Positions 33,788-42,505 of a DNA stretch of 60,621 nucleotides are shown in pieces. The DNA is taken from contig CANGRI010000001.1 of assembly GCA_947456525.1 (NCBI GenBank), forward strand, positions 1 to 60,621, read 5' to 3'. Under the pieces are notes generated by a model that saw only the letters and a program-made list of their open reading frames with translations, did not search any database and had not been told where the DNA came from. This stretch comes from Opitutia bacterium (GTDB lineage Bacteria; Verrucomicrobiota; Verrucomicrobiia; Opitutales; UBA953). Both the position numbers and the translations under genes were made by a program. Position 1 is the stretch's first letter; the number at the start of each line of letters is the position of its first letter.

Positions 33788-36511
33788 TTAGCCGAGCGTG
33801 GCGAGCATGCGCGCGATCTCGTCACGCTTGGCCTTGGCTTCATCGAGCTGCTTGCGGGCGCCCTCGAGGATCTTCGGCGGAGCCTTCGAGACGAAGGCCT
33901 CGTTGGTGAGCTTCGCTTCGCCGGCGGCGACCGCCTGTTCGAGTTTGGCGAGTTCCTTGGCGAGACGGACTTTCTCGGCCGCGACATCGACCGTTCCCGA
34001 GAGTTCGAGCAGGACGGTGCCGAGGGAGGTGAGCGAGCCGGTCCGCTCGCCGGCGGAATCGGCGAAGCCGATTTCGGCGAGACCGGCCATGCTGCTCAGC
34101 TTGTCGCGGTTCGATTCGAGGAGGGTCTTGGCGGTGGCGTCCTTGGCGACGATCGTGATGACCGAGTCGCGGCGGGTTGCCTGGTTAGCCTGGGACTTGA
34201 GTCCGCGCACCGAAGCGACGAATTCGCGGAGCAGGGCGACGTCGGCTACCTTGGCGGCGCTGAGCTTGATGCCGTTCTCGCGGAGAACGCGGAGCAGGTC
34301 GCCGCCGGAGCCGGTATGGTGGTTCTGGATGAAGTCCTTTTCCGTGCCGTAGCCCAGCAGGTGCCAGAGTTCTTCGGAGATGAACGGGGCGACCGGGTGT
34401 AGGAGCAGGAGGAACTGGCGGAGGACGAGGTCCTGGACCGCGAGACAGTTGTCGACCAGGGCAGGATCGCGCAGGCGAGCCTTGGAGGCTTCGACGTACC
34501 AGTCGCAGAAGTCGCCCCAGAAGAACGAATAGAGTCCCTGCGCATAGGCGGTAAACTCATGGTCATCCAGGTTCTTGGTCGTGCTGTCGGTGAGTTCGGC
34601 CAGACCCTGCAGGATGGCGAAGTCGTCGTCGTCGAGCTGCGATGCATTGATTCGGCTGACGACGGCCGCGAGGGTCGAGTTGTCGGCCATCGGTCCGGAC
34701 ATCTGGCGGAAACGGGCGGCGTTCCAGAGCTTGTTGCAGAAGTTGCGGCCTTGGCCGACGCGGTCCTCGTCGAAGAGGATGTCCTGGCCTTTGGGCGCGA
34801 TGGAGAGGAGGCCGAAACGCAGGCCGTCGGCGCCGAACTTGGCGATGAGGTCGAGCGGTTCGGGCGAATTGCCGAGGGACTTCGACATCTTGCGGCCTAG
34901 CTTGTCGCGGATGATGCCGTTGAAGTAGACGCGCTTGAACGGGATGCGCTGGCGGATCTCGTCATCGGTGAGCGTCTTCTTTTCCGGGCCGTGCAATTCG
35001 AGGCCGGCGATGATCATGCGGGCCACCCAAAGGAAGATGATGTCCGGACCGGTCGCGAGGGCTCCCGTCGGGTACCAGTGCTTGAGCTCTTCGGTCGTCT
35101 CGCCGGGCTTGCGCCAGCCGATGGTCGCGAGGCACCAGAGCCAGGAAGAAGCCCAGGTGTCGAGCACGTCGGGGTCCTGCTCCCAGTTGGCGGCGTCGGC
35201 CGGGGCGGTCAGCGAGACGTGGAGATTCTTAGGGTCGTTGCGGTCGGCGCCCTTGCGGTACCAGACCGGGATGCGATGGCCCCACCAGAGCTGACGGCTG
35301 ACGCACCAGTCCTGGATGTTTTCGAGCCAGTGCAGGTAGGTCTTCGTCCAGCGTTCGGGGTGGAACTTGATGATGCCCGACGTGACGGCGCGCTTGGCTT
35401 CGTCGATCTTCGGGTAACGGATGAACCACTGCTCGCTGAGGCGCGGCTCGATCGGGACGTCGGCACGTTCCGAATAGCCGACGGTGTTCTCGTAGGGTTC
35501 GGTCTTCACCAGCGCGCCGAGCTCTTCGAGGAGCTTCTCAGCCATGGCCCGCGCCTTAAAACGCTCCACGCCCGCGAGCGGCCCCGCGTCGGCGTTCATG
35601 GTGCCATCGGGGTTCATCACGTCGATGACCGGGAGGTTGTGACGCTTGCCGATGTCGAAGTCGGTGCGATCGTGGGCCGGAGTGACCTTCAGGACGCCCG
35701 TGCCGAATTCCTTCTCGACGGCCGTGTCGCCGACGATCGGGATCTGGGCGCGGGGGAAGGGGCGCCAGACGTGCTTGCCGATGAGGTGCTTGTACCGTTC
35801 GTCTTCAGGGTGGACCGCGACGGCCGCGTCGCCCGGGATGGTCTCGGGGCGCGTGGTCGAGATCTCGAGGAACGTGCCGGGTAGTTCGGCGACCTCGTAG
35901 CGCATCCGGTAGAGCGAGCCCTTCGAGGGCTTCATGATCACCTCTTCGTCGGAGAGTCCGGTCTGAGAGACCGGGCACCAGTTGACCATGCGCTTGCCGC
36001 GGTAGACGTAGCCGCGTTCGTAGAGCGTGACGAAAGTCTGGAGCACCGCCTGGGAGTAGCCGGCATCGAGCGTATGGACCGTGCGATCCCAATCGCAGGA
36101 AGCACCCAGCTTGCGGAGCTGGCCGAGGATGATGCCACCGTGCTTGTCGCGCCAGTCCGACGCGACCTGGATGAATTTCTCGCGGCCGAGGTCGTGGCGC
36201 GTCTTGCCTTCTTTCTGGCGGAGTTCCTTCTCGACGCGCGACTGGGTTGCGATGCCCGCGTGGTCCGTGCCGGGAAGCCAGAGGGCGGATTTGCCTTCCT
36301 GTCGGGCGCGTCGGACCATGATGTCCTGCAGCGTGTTGTTGAGCAGGTGCCCCATGTGGAGGACGCCCGTGACGTTGGGCGGAGGGATCATCACCGCGAA
36401 AGACTCGCGGCTGTGGTCTACCTTGCCCTTGAAGCAACCTGCCGCGACCCAGCGGTCGTACCACTGCTGTTCGACGCCTTGCGGTTCATAAGATTTGGGG
36501 ATTTCGGCCAT
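33788..36511 (-). CDS. valS: Valine--tRNA ligase
   Basis: 907 aa. PPPNVTGVLHMGH (HIGH), KMSKSLGN (KMSKS), class Ia editing domain and C-terminal coiled coil. Confidence 0.95.
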   Translation of the reverse strand: MAEIPKSYEPQGVEQQWYDRWVAAGCFKGKVDHSRESFAVMIPPPNVTGVLHMGHLLNNTLQDIMVRRARQEGKSALWLPGTDHAGIATQSRVEKELRQKEGKTRHDLGREKFIQVASDWRDKHGGIILGQLRKLGASCDWDRTVHTLDAGYSQAVLQTFVTLYERGYVYRGKRMVNWCPVSQTGLSDEEVIMKPSKGSLYRMRYEVAELPGTFLEISTTRPETIPGDAAVAVHPEDERYKHLIGKHVWRPFPRAQIPIVGDTAVEKEFGTGVLKVTPAHDRTDFDIGKRHNLPVIDVMNPDGTMNADAGPLAGVERFKARAMAEKLLEELGALVKTEPYENTVGYSERADVPIEPRLSEQWFIRYPKIDEAKRAVTSGIIKFHPERWTKTYLHWLENIQDWCVSRQLWWGHRIPVWYRKGADRNDPKNLHVSLTAPADAANWEQDPDVLDTWASSWLWCLATIGWRKPGETTEELKHWYPTGALATGPDIIFLWVARMIIAGLELHGPEKKTLTDDEIRQRIPFKRVYFNGIIRDKLGRKMSKSLGNSPEPLDLIAKFGADGLRFGLLSIAPKGQDILFDEDRVGQGRNFCNKLWNAARFRQMSGPMADNSTLAAVVSRINASQLDDDDFAILQGLAELTDSTTKNLDDHEFTAYAQGLYSFFWGDFCDWYVEASKARLRDPALVDNCLAVQDLVLRQFLLLLHPVAPFISEELWHLLGYGTEKDFIQNHHTGSGGDLLRVLRENGIKLSAAKVADVALLREFVASVRGLKSQANQATRRDSVITIVAKDATAKTLLESNRDKLSSMAGLAEIGFADSAGERTGSLTSLGTVLLELSGTVDVAAEKVRLAKELAKLEQAVAAGEAKLTNEAFVSKAPPKILEGARKQLDEAKAKRDEIARMLATLG

Positions 36512-36578
36512 CGGAAAGGGGAATGATTAGGGGTTAAGTTGGGGATTGAAAAGAACGGACTAGGCGGGCATCAAGATA

Positions 36579-36688
36579 GGCAAGCCAGGCCCCATGCAAC
36601 GGGTGGCCGACGAATCCCGCCAGGTCCGGAAGGAAGCAACGGCAGTCAGTCCATCCGTGTGCCGTGGCAAGCCTGGCCCCTTGTTTTT
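36579..36688 (+). ncRNA. ffs: Signal recognition particle RNA (small bacterial 4.5S type)
   Basis: CCAGG-UCC-GGAA-GGA-AGCAAC at 36620-36640 reproduces the universally conserved domain IV: CAGG/AGCA symmetric loop, 3-bp stem, GGAA tetraloop at 36628-36631. 5' GCCAGG (36584-36589) pairs with 3' CCUGGC (36672-36677). Ends in a T5 run (36684-36688). Ends are approximate to +/-5 nt. Confidence 0.8.
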
Positions 36689-36693
36689 CAATC

Positions 36694-36722
36694 GACGCCT
36701 TCCCTTCATTTGGGAAGGCGTC
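36694..36722. other. 11-bp perfect hairpin immediately after the SRP RNA (possible auxiliary terminator)
   Basis: GACGCCTTCCC-TTCATTT-GGGAAGGCGTC, followed on the + strand by CTTGTT (weak U-tract). Confidence 0.35.
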
Positions 36723-36735
36723 CTTGTTGGGGCGC

Positions 36736-36766
36736 AAAATAAGAAAGGGTGCTATTCGCACCCTTT
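36736..36766 (-). terminator. Rho-independent terminator of the sucAB-lpdA operon
   Basis: On the minus strand: AAAGGGTGC-GAATA-GCACCCTTT followed by CTTATTTT, 23 nt after the lpdA stop. Confidence 0.65.
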
Positions 36767-36789
36767 CGTTCGAAAACTCCGGACTACGC

Positions 36790-38190
36790 TCAGAGCGAAT
36801 GGATGCTCGACTTGCTGACGGCCATCGCGGCTTCCTTGAAGGATTCGCTGACGGTCGGGTGGGCGAAGCAGGTGCGGGCGACGTCTTCGGCGCTACCACC
36901 GTATTCCATGTGGGCGCAGGCGGCGGCGATCATTTCGGAAGCGCCCTTGGCGACCATCTGGACGCCGAGGAGCTTGTCGGTCTTGGCGCATGCGATGACC
37001 TTCACGAAACCGGCGGTGCCGTCGGAAGCGATCGCGCGGCCGTTGCCGGCGAGCTGGAACTTGCCGATGGCGACTTCGATGTTCTTGGCCTTCGCGTCGG
37101 CCTCGGAGAGACCCACGCAGGCGACTTCGGGGTCGGTGTAGATGACGCCCGGGATGATGCCGTAGTTCACATGACCGTGCTTGCCGGCGAGGTTCTCGGC
37201 GACCGCGACGCCTTCTTCTTCGGCCTTGTGGGCGAGCATGGGGCCGGTGACGACGTCACCGATGGCGTAGACGCCCGGAAGGTTGGTCTGGAAGTGCGCG
37301 TCGATGACGATGCGGCCGCGCTCGTCGAGTTTGAGGCCGGCTTCCTGGGCGCCGAGGCCGGTCGTGTTGGCCTTGCGACCGACGGCGACGAGGATCTTGT
37401 CTGCCGGGAATTCGAGGGCCTTGCCGTCGCGTTCGGCGGTGAGGGCGGAGCCGGCGGCGCTCTTCTTCACGCCGGTGACCTTGGCGCCCAGTTCGAACTT
37501 GATGCCCTGCTTCTCGAAAGCGTTCTGCGCGGCCTTGGCCACGTCGGCGTCATAGGCCGGGCCGCCGATGGACGGCAGCATCTCGACGACGGTGACCTGG
37601 GAGCCCAGGCGGGCCCAGACTGAGCCGAGCTCGAGGCCGATGGCTCCGGCGCCGACGACGACCATCTTCTCGGGGACGGCCTTCAGGGAGATGCCGTGAT
37701 CGGAGGAGATGACGGTTTCGCCGTCGAACTTCATGAACGGCAGCTCGACCGGGACGGAGCCCGTGGCGATGAGGATGTTCTTGGTCTCGAGCGTGCGGTC
37801 GCCGGCGGTGGAGCGGACGAGCACCTGGCCGGACTTCACGAGACGGCCGAGGCCGCGGACGATCTCGACGTTGCGCTTCTTGAGCAGGGCGCCGACGCCC
37901 ATGTTGAGCTGGGCGACGACCTTGTCCTTGTTCGCAAGCATCGCGGAGACGTCGAAGGTGATCTTCTCCGCGCCGACGAGGCCGTGCTTCTTGCCGTGCA
38001 GGGCGTGCTGGTAGACTTCGGTGGAGTGGAGGAGGGCCTTGGACGGGATGCAACCCACGTTGAGGCAGGTGCCGCCGAGGGAATTGTCTTTCTCCACGAG
38101 GGCCACCTTGAGGCCGAGCTGGCCGGCCTTGATGGCGGCGACATAGCCACCGGGACCGGAACCGATTACGACGAGATCGAATTGAGACAT
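36790..38190 (-). CDS. lpdA: Dihydrolipoyl dehydrogenase (E3)
   Basis: 466 aa. VVIGSGPGGY FAD motif and GGTCLNVGCIPSK redox-active disulfide. Confidence 0.93.
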   Translation of the reverse strand: MSQFDLVVIGSGPGGYVAAIKAGQLGLKVALVEKDNSLGGTCLNVGCIPSKALLHSTEVYQHALHGKKHGLVGAEKITFDVSAMLANKDKVVAQLNMGVGALLKKRNVEIVRGLGRLVKSGQVLVRSTAGDRTLETKNILIATGSVPVELPFMKFDGETVISSDHGISLKAVPEKMVVVGAGAIGLELGSVWARLGSQVTVVEMLPSIGGPAYDADVAKAAQNAFEKQGIKFELGAKVTGVKKSAAGSALTAERDGKALEFPADKILVAVGRKANTTGLGAQEAGLKLDERGRIVIDAHFQTNLPGVYAIGDVVTGPMLAHKAEEEGVAVAENLAGKHGHVNYGIIPGVIYTDPEVACVGLSEADAKAKNIEVAIGKFQLAGNGRAIASDGTAGFVKVIACAKTDKLLGVQMVAKGASEMIAAACAHMEYGGSAEDVARTCFAHPTVSESFKEAAMAVSKSSIHSL

Positions 38191-38215
38191 TGAGGTAGGA
38201 ATAAGAATGGGTGGA

Positions 38216-39490
38216 TCAGACGCCGAACAGCAGGCGCTGCGGGTCTTCGATGTACTGGCGTACTTTTACGAGGAAGGTCACGGCTTCCTTGCCGTCGATG
38301 ATGCGGTGGTCGTACGACAGCGCCAGATACATGATCGGGCGGATGACGACCTGGCCGTTCTCGGCGACAGGACGCTCGACGATGTTGTGAAGGCCCATGA
38401 TGGCCGCCTGCGGGTGGTTGAGGATCGGCGTCGAGAGCATCGAGCCGTAGATGCCGCCGTTGGAGATCGTGAAGACGCCGCCCTGGAGTTCGGGCAGCTG
38501 GATCTTGCCGTCGCGGGCTCGCTTGCCGAAGTCGCCGATGGCCTTCTCGATGCCGGCGAAGTTGAGCTGGTCGCAATCGCGGACGACGGGGACCATCAGG
38601 CCCTTGTCGGTGCCGACGGCCACGCCGATGTCGAAGAAGTTGTTCTCGACGATGTCATCGCCGTCGAGCTGGGCGTTGATCGCCGGGACTTCCTTCATCG
38701 CCTGGACGGCTGCCTTCACGAAGAAGGACATGAAGCCGAGTTTGACCCCGTATTTCTTGAGGAATTCTTCGCCGTGACGTTTGCGCAGTTCCATGACCGG
38801 AGCCATGTTGACCTCGTTGAAAGTCGTGAGCATCGCGGTCTCGGACTTCGCCTGTACGAGGCGCTCGGCGATCTTGCGGCGCAGCGGCGACATGCGCTTG
38901 CGCGTCGTGCGGCCTTCGCGGGAAGGAATCGCGACGGGGGCGGCCGGGGCGGAAGGGGCGGCGGCCGAAGCGGCGGCGGGAGCGACGGCCTTGATCGGCG
39001 TGGCGCCGGAGAGCGCGGCGAGCATGTCGCCCTTGGTCACGCGACCTGCCTTGCCTGAGCCTTCGATGGCGGCCGGATCGAGTCCGGTCTCGGCGGAGAT
39101 GCGACGGACGGCAGGAGAGACTTCGGCGGCGGCGCCGGATTTGGCGGCGACAGGAGCGGCCTTCGGAGCCGGAGCGGGAGCAGCGGCCGGAGCGGCCTGC
39201 GTGGCCTTGGTCGCCGGAGCGGCGGCAGCAGGAGCGGACGGCGCATTGCCGGCGGCGCCAGCTTCGATGGTGGCGACGACCTGATTGACGAGCACTTCGG
39301 TGCCGGCTTCGACGGCGATCGTGATCTTACCGTCGACTTCCGCGGTACCTTCGGAGGTCACCTTGTCGGTTTCGTAGGAAAAGAGGGCTTGGCCCTTGCG
39401 GACAGCGTCACCGCTTTTGACCAGCCAGGCGGCCAGGAGGCCCCCGGTGATGGATTCGCCCATGGGAGGGATTTTGACTTCGACGGCCAT
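38216..39490 (-). CDS. sucB: Dihydrolipoyllysine-residue succinyltransferase (2-oxoglutarate dehydrogenase E2)
   Basis: 424 aa. Lipoyl domain with ETDKV, Ala/Pro linkers, E3-binding domain ([14 protein letters not shown]), catalytic DHRIIDG. Confidence 0.92.
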   Translation of the reverse strand: MAVEVKIPPMGESITGGLLAAWLVKSGDAVRKGQALFSYETDKVTSEGTAEVDGKITIAVEAGTEVLVNQVVATIEAGAAGNAPSAPAAAAPATKATQAAPAAAPAPAPKAAPVAAKSGAAAEVSPAVRRISAETGLDPAAIEGSGKAGRVTKGDMLAALSGATPIKAVAPAAASAAAPSAPAAPVAIPSREGRTTRKRMSPLRRKIAERLVQAKSETAMLTTFNEVNMAPVMELRKRHGEEFLKKYGVKLGFMSFFVKAAVQAMKEVPAINAQLDGDDIVENNFFDIGVAVGTDKGLMVPVVRDCDQLNFAGIEKAIGDFGKRARDGKIQLPELQGGVFTISNGGIYGSMLSTPILNHPQAAIMGLHNIVERPVAENGQVVIRPIMYLALSYDHRIIDGKEAVTFLVKVRQYIEDPQRLLFGV

Positions 39491-39598
39491 GAAAATTAGG
39501 TAGATGCAACCTTGGAACCCATTCCCGCCCGTTTCAACGGGGAAATGACCCTTTAAACGACCTTGGATGGACGTTTTAGGGGTAGTAGGAGCCGTTCC

Positions 39599-39618
39599 TA
39601 GCCGGACAAAGCCGGCTA
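39599..39618. other. 7-bp hairpin in the 138-nt sucA-sucB spacer
   Basis: TAGCCGG-ACAAAG-CCGGCTA, 11 nt downstream of the sucA stop. No U-tract on the minus strand. Confidence 0.3.
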
Positions 39619-39628
39619 CTGATGCCTA

Positions 39629-42352
39629 TTAGGCCGTAAAGGCCTGCTTCACCATGTCCGCCTGCTCGATCTTGTGGACCGCGAGGGAGCCGACGGCGGG
39701 GGAGGCGGCCGCATCGCGACCTGCGTAGGCCGGGCGGATGCCAAGGGTGGATTCGATGAGGTCGGCGACGAAGGACCATCCGCCCATGTTCTTGGGCTCG
39801 TCCTGGACCCAGACGATCTTCTTGGGCGACCCGAGCGACGCGTGGACCTTGGCGAGAGCTTCGCCGTCGAAGGGGTAGAATTGTTCGAGGCGGACGATGC
39901 TCGTGACGGTGTCCTTGCGGGCGACGCGTTCGGCGTCGAGCTCGTAGAAGACCTTGCCGGAGCAGAGGATGAGACGATCGGTCTTCGCAGCCGGCGCGGC
40001 ATCGGCGAGGACCGCTTGGAAGCGACCCTTGGTAAGTTCGGCGAGCGTGCTGACGCAGGACTTGTGGCGGAGCAGGCTCTTCGGCGTCATGACCACGAGA
40101 GGCTTGCGCAGCTCGGACTTCACCTGGCGGCGAAGGACGTGGAACAGCTGGGCAGGTGTGGACGGCTGGACGACCTGAAGGTTGTTCTCGGCGCAGAGCT
40201 GCAGGAAGCGTTCGAGGCGGGCGGAAGAGTGCTCAGGGCCCTGACCTTCGTAACCGTGCGGCAGCAGCATGACGAGGCCGCTGGTCTGGCCCCACTTCGA
40301 TTCGGCCGAAGCTATGAACTGGTCGATCATGATCTGCGCGCCGTTGGCGAAGTCACCGAACTGGGCTTCCCAGATGACGAGGGAGTCAGGGGCTTCGAGC
40401 GAGTAGCCGTAGTCGAAGCCGAGGACCGCGTATTCGGAGAGGGAGGAGTTCACCAGTTCGATCTCGGCCTGGGCGATGGAACCGAGCGGGCAATATTCGG
40501 CGTCGTTCGAGGGGTCGTGCAGCACCGCGTGGCGATGCGAGAAGGTGCCACGTTCGCAATCCTGGCCGGAGAGGCGTACGGGATAGCCTTCGGCGAGCAA
40601 GGAAGCGAAGGCGAGGCCTTCGCCGAGGCTCCAGTCGATGTTGGCCCCGGACTTGTAGGCTTCGGCCTTGGCGTCGAGGAGGCGCTTGATCTTCGGATTA
40701 GGAGAGAAGTCAGGCGGCATCTGCCAGAGCACCGGCGCGACCTTGTCCATGAGTTCCTGCGGTGCGGACGTGTCGACCGCATGTTCGTAAGGGGATTTGA
40801 AAGGACGGACGCCGACCGGCTGCTTCTTCCGTTCTTCGATCTCGATGGCGAGCGCCGCTTGGGCGCGTTCCTGTGCCGCGTTGAGGAGCACGTCGAATTC
40901 GGTGCGCAGGCTGATCAGTTCGCCGTCGGGGGCGGAGCCGGATTCGGTCAGGCGAGAGGCGTAAAGCTCGGCGACGGAAGGGTGGGCGGAGATCTCCTTG
41001 TAGAGGACCGGCTGCGTGAAAGCGGGCTCGTCGGTCTCATTGTGGCCGTAGCGACGGTAGCAGACGATATCCACCACGGCGTCGGCGCCGAACTTCTGGC
41101 GGTATTCCAATGCGATCTCGGTGGCGAGGATGACGGCATCCGGGTCGTCGCCGTTGGCGTGGAAGATCGGGGACTCGGTGAATTTCGCGATCTCGGTGCA
41201 ATGACGGCCCGTGCGGGATTCGTCGGGGTTCGTGGTGAAGCCGACCTGGTTGTTGCTGACGATGTGCAGCGTGCCGCCGACCTGGTAGCCCTTGAGTTCG
41301 GCCATGTTCAGCGTCTCCATCACGACACCTTGTCCGGCGAACGCGGCGTCGCCGTGCAGCAAGATCGGGAGGGCCTTGGAGCGGTCGGCTCCGCCCTGAA
41401 GGTCGACGAGGGCGCGGGTGCGGCCCAGCACGACCGGATTGACGGCCTCAAGGTGACTGGGGTTGTAGGCGAGGGTGATGCTGACTTCCTTGCCGTCGAC
41501 GACGCGGGCGCCGGCGTAGCCGAGGTGATATTTCACGTCGCCATCGCCATGGGTGGTGTCGGGCACATGGTTCTCGGAGAAGGCGCCGAAGAGGGCTTCG
41601 GCCTTCTTGCCGCAGATGTTGACGAGCACGTTGAGGCGGCCGCGATGGGCCATGCCGATGACGAGGTCGGTGACGCCGAAGCCAGGCGCACGATGGATCA
41701 CTTGGTCGAGAGCGGAAAGCATGACTTCGCCGCCTTCGACGGAGAAGCGCTTGGCGCCCACGAACGTCTTGTGCAGGAAACGTTCGAACTGTTCGGCCTG
41801 GACGATGGAGCGAAGGAAGCGGCGGCGAGAGTTGGCGTCATAAGCCGGACGCAGGCCGCAGGACTCGATGCGTTCGACGAGCCAGCGGCGACGTTCGCCG
41901 TCTTGGATGTGGGTGACTTCGATGCCGATCGGGCCGCAATAGGTCGACTTCAGCTTGGCCAGGATTTCGCCGAGCGGCAGCATCTTGCCGCCGAGGAAGT
42001 CGCCCGTGTGGAACACGCGGTCGGCCGGAATGCCGTCGAGGCCGAGGGCTTTTTCGGTCAGTTCGAAGTGCGGTACGGGGTCCGCGAGGGGGTTGATGCG
42101 GGCCTGCTGATGCCCGATGGTGCGATAGGCGTTGATGGCGGCCAGGACCTTCCACTGGGCGGCGGCATCGACGCCGCCGGCGGCAGGAGCGGCTCCCTTG
42201 GCGGCCTTGGGGGGCAGGCTGACGCCCAGTTCGAATCCTTCGAAGAAGGCGCGCCATTCGGCGTCCACGGAAGAGGGGTCCTTGGACCACTGTTCGTGAT
42301 AAGAGGATACGAGGTCCGCATTCCAGCGGGTTCCGACGCTAAGATGTTTCAT
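39629..42352 (-). CDS. sucA: 2-oxoglutarate dehydrogenase E1 component
   Basis: 907 aa. N-terminal MKHLSVGTRWNADLVSSYHEQW and the TPP-binding region with YRRYGHNETDEPAFTQP. Upstream of sucB and lpdA in the classical order. Confidence 0.95.
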   Translation of the reverse strand: MKHLSVGTRWNADLVSSYHEQWSKDPSSVDAEWRAFFEGFELGVSLPPKAAKGAAPAAGGVDAAAQWKVLAAINAYRTIGHQQARINPLADPVPHFELTEKALGLDGIPADRVFHTGDFLGGKMLPLGEILAKLKSTYCGPIGIEVTHIQDGERRRWLVERIESCGLRPAYDANSRRRFLRSIVQAEQFERFLHKTFVGAKRFSVEGGEVMLSALDQVIHRAPGFGVTDLVIGMAHRGRLNVLVNICGKKAEALFGAFSENHVPDTTHGDGDVKYHLGYAGARVVDGKEVSITLAYNPSHLEAVNPVVLGRTRALVDLQGGADRSKALPILLHGDAAFAGQGVVMETLNMAELKGYQVGGTLHIVSNNQVGFTTNPDESRTGRHCTEIAKFTESPIFHANGDDPDAVILATEIALEYRQKFGADAVVDIVCYRRYGHNETDEPAFTQPVLYKEISAHPSVAELYASRLTESGSAPDGELISLRTEFDVLLNAAQERAQAALAIEIEERKKQPVGVRPFKSPYEHAVDTSAPQELMDKVAPVLWQMPPDFSPNPKIKRLLDAKAEAYKSGANIDWSLGEGLAFASLLAEGYPVRLSGQDCERGTFSHRHAVLHDPSNDAEYCPLGSIAQAEIELVNSSLSEYAVLGFDYGYSLEAPDSLVIWEAQFGDFANGAQIMIDQFIASAESKWGQTSGLVMLLPHGYEGQGPEHSSARLERFLQLCAENNLQVVQPSTPAQLFHVLRRQVKSELRKPLVVMTPKSLLRHKSCVSTLAELTKGRFQAVLADAAPAAKTDRLILCSGKVFYELDAERVARKDTVTSIVRLEQFYPFDGEALAKVHASLGSPKKIVWVQDEPKNMGGWSFVADLIESTLGIRPAYAGRDAAASPAVGSLAVHKIEQADMVKQAFTA

Positions 42353-42377
42353 TTCTTTGCCTGTAAAAGGGACTCAA

Positions 42378-42407
42378 ACCATAGATGCTGATGCCTGTGT
42401 TTAACAA
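42378..42407 (-). promoter_or_regulatory. Putative sucA promoter (TTGTTA-18 nt-TATGGT on the minus strand)
   Basis: Lies in the AT-richer 153-nt divergent region. The -35 maps to 42407-42402 and the -10 to 42383-42378, about 25 nt upstream of the sucA ATG. Consensus resemblance only. Confidence 0.25.
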
Positions 42408-42505
42408 GCCAAGACCCAGCCGAAACCATCCCGTAAACTGCTCAAAATTGACACAGTTTGGGGATTGTAAGGCCAAAAACGGGGAGATTTAATACGGTTC
42501 CGTCG

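Noticed and set aside
36539-36548. Shared decamer TTGGGGATTG near valS (36539-36548) and upstream of the SNF2 gene (42459-42468).
   Set aside because: There are only two copies, and they differ in orientation relative to the adjacent genes. They show no flanking similarity beyond about 12 nt, so this is probably chance.
36534-36899. Track ORFs (121, 67 and 74 aa) in the valS-lpdA spacer.
   Set aside because: They overlap the SRP RNA, two hairpins and the 3' end of lpdA, and their compositions are non-protein-like. The region is better explained by RNA elements.
38880-39260. GC-rich quasi-tandem repeats (gcggcg/gccgga runs) that look like a nucleotide repeat array.
   Set aside because: They encode the Ala/Pro-rich flexible linkers of the E2 succinyltransferase ([32 protein letters not shown]...). 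This is a normal feature of 2-oxo-acid dehydrogenase E2 proteins.
39674-42391. 905-aa ORF on the plus strand spanning the whole of sucA. Similar long antisense ORFs occur at 14139..16235, 10278..11558, 11518..12912, 45248..46513, 48435..49745, 55872..57227 and 57112..58338.
   Set aside because: Their translations are low-complexity G/A/R/V/D/E-rich strings with no motifs. Each lies exactly antisense to a gene with unmistakable family signatures. Long shadow ORFs are expected in GC3-rich DNA because stop codons are rare on the complementary frames.
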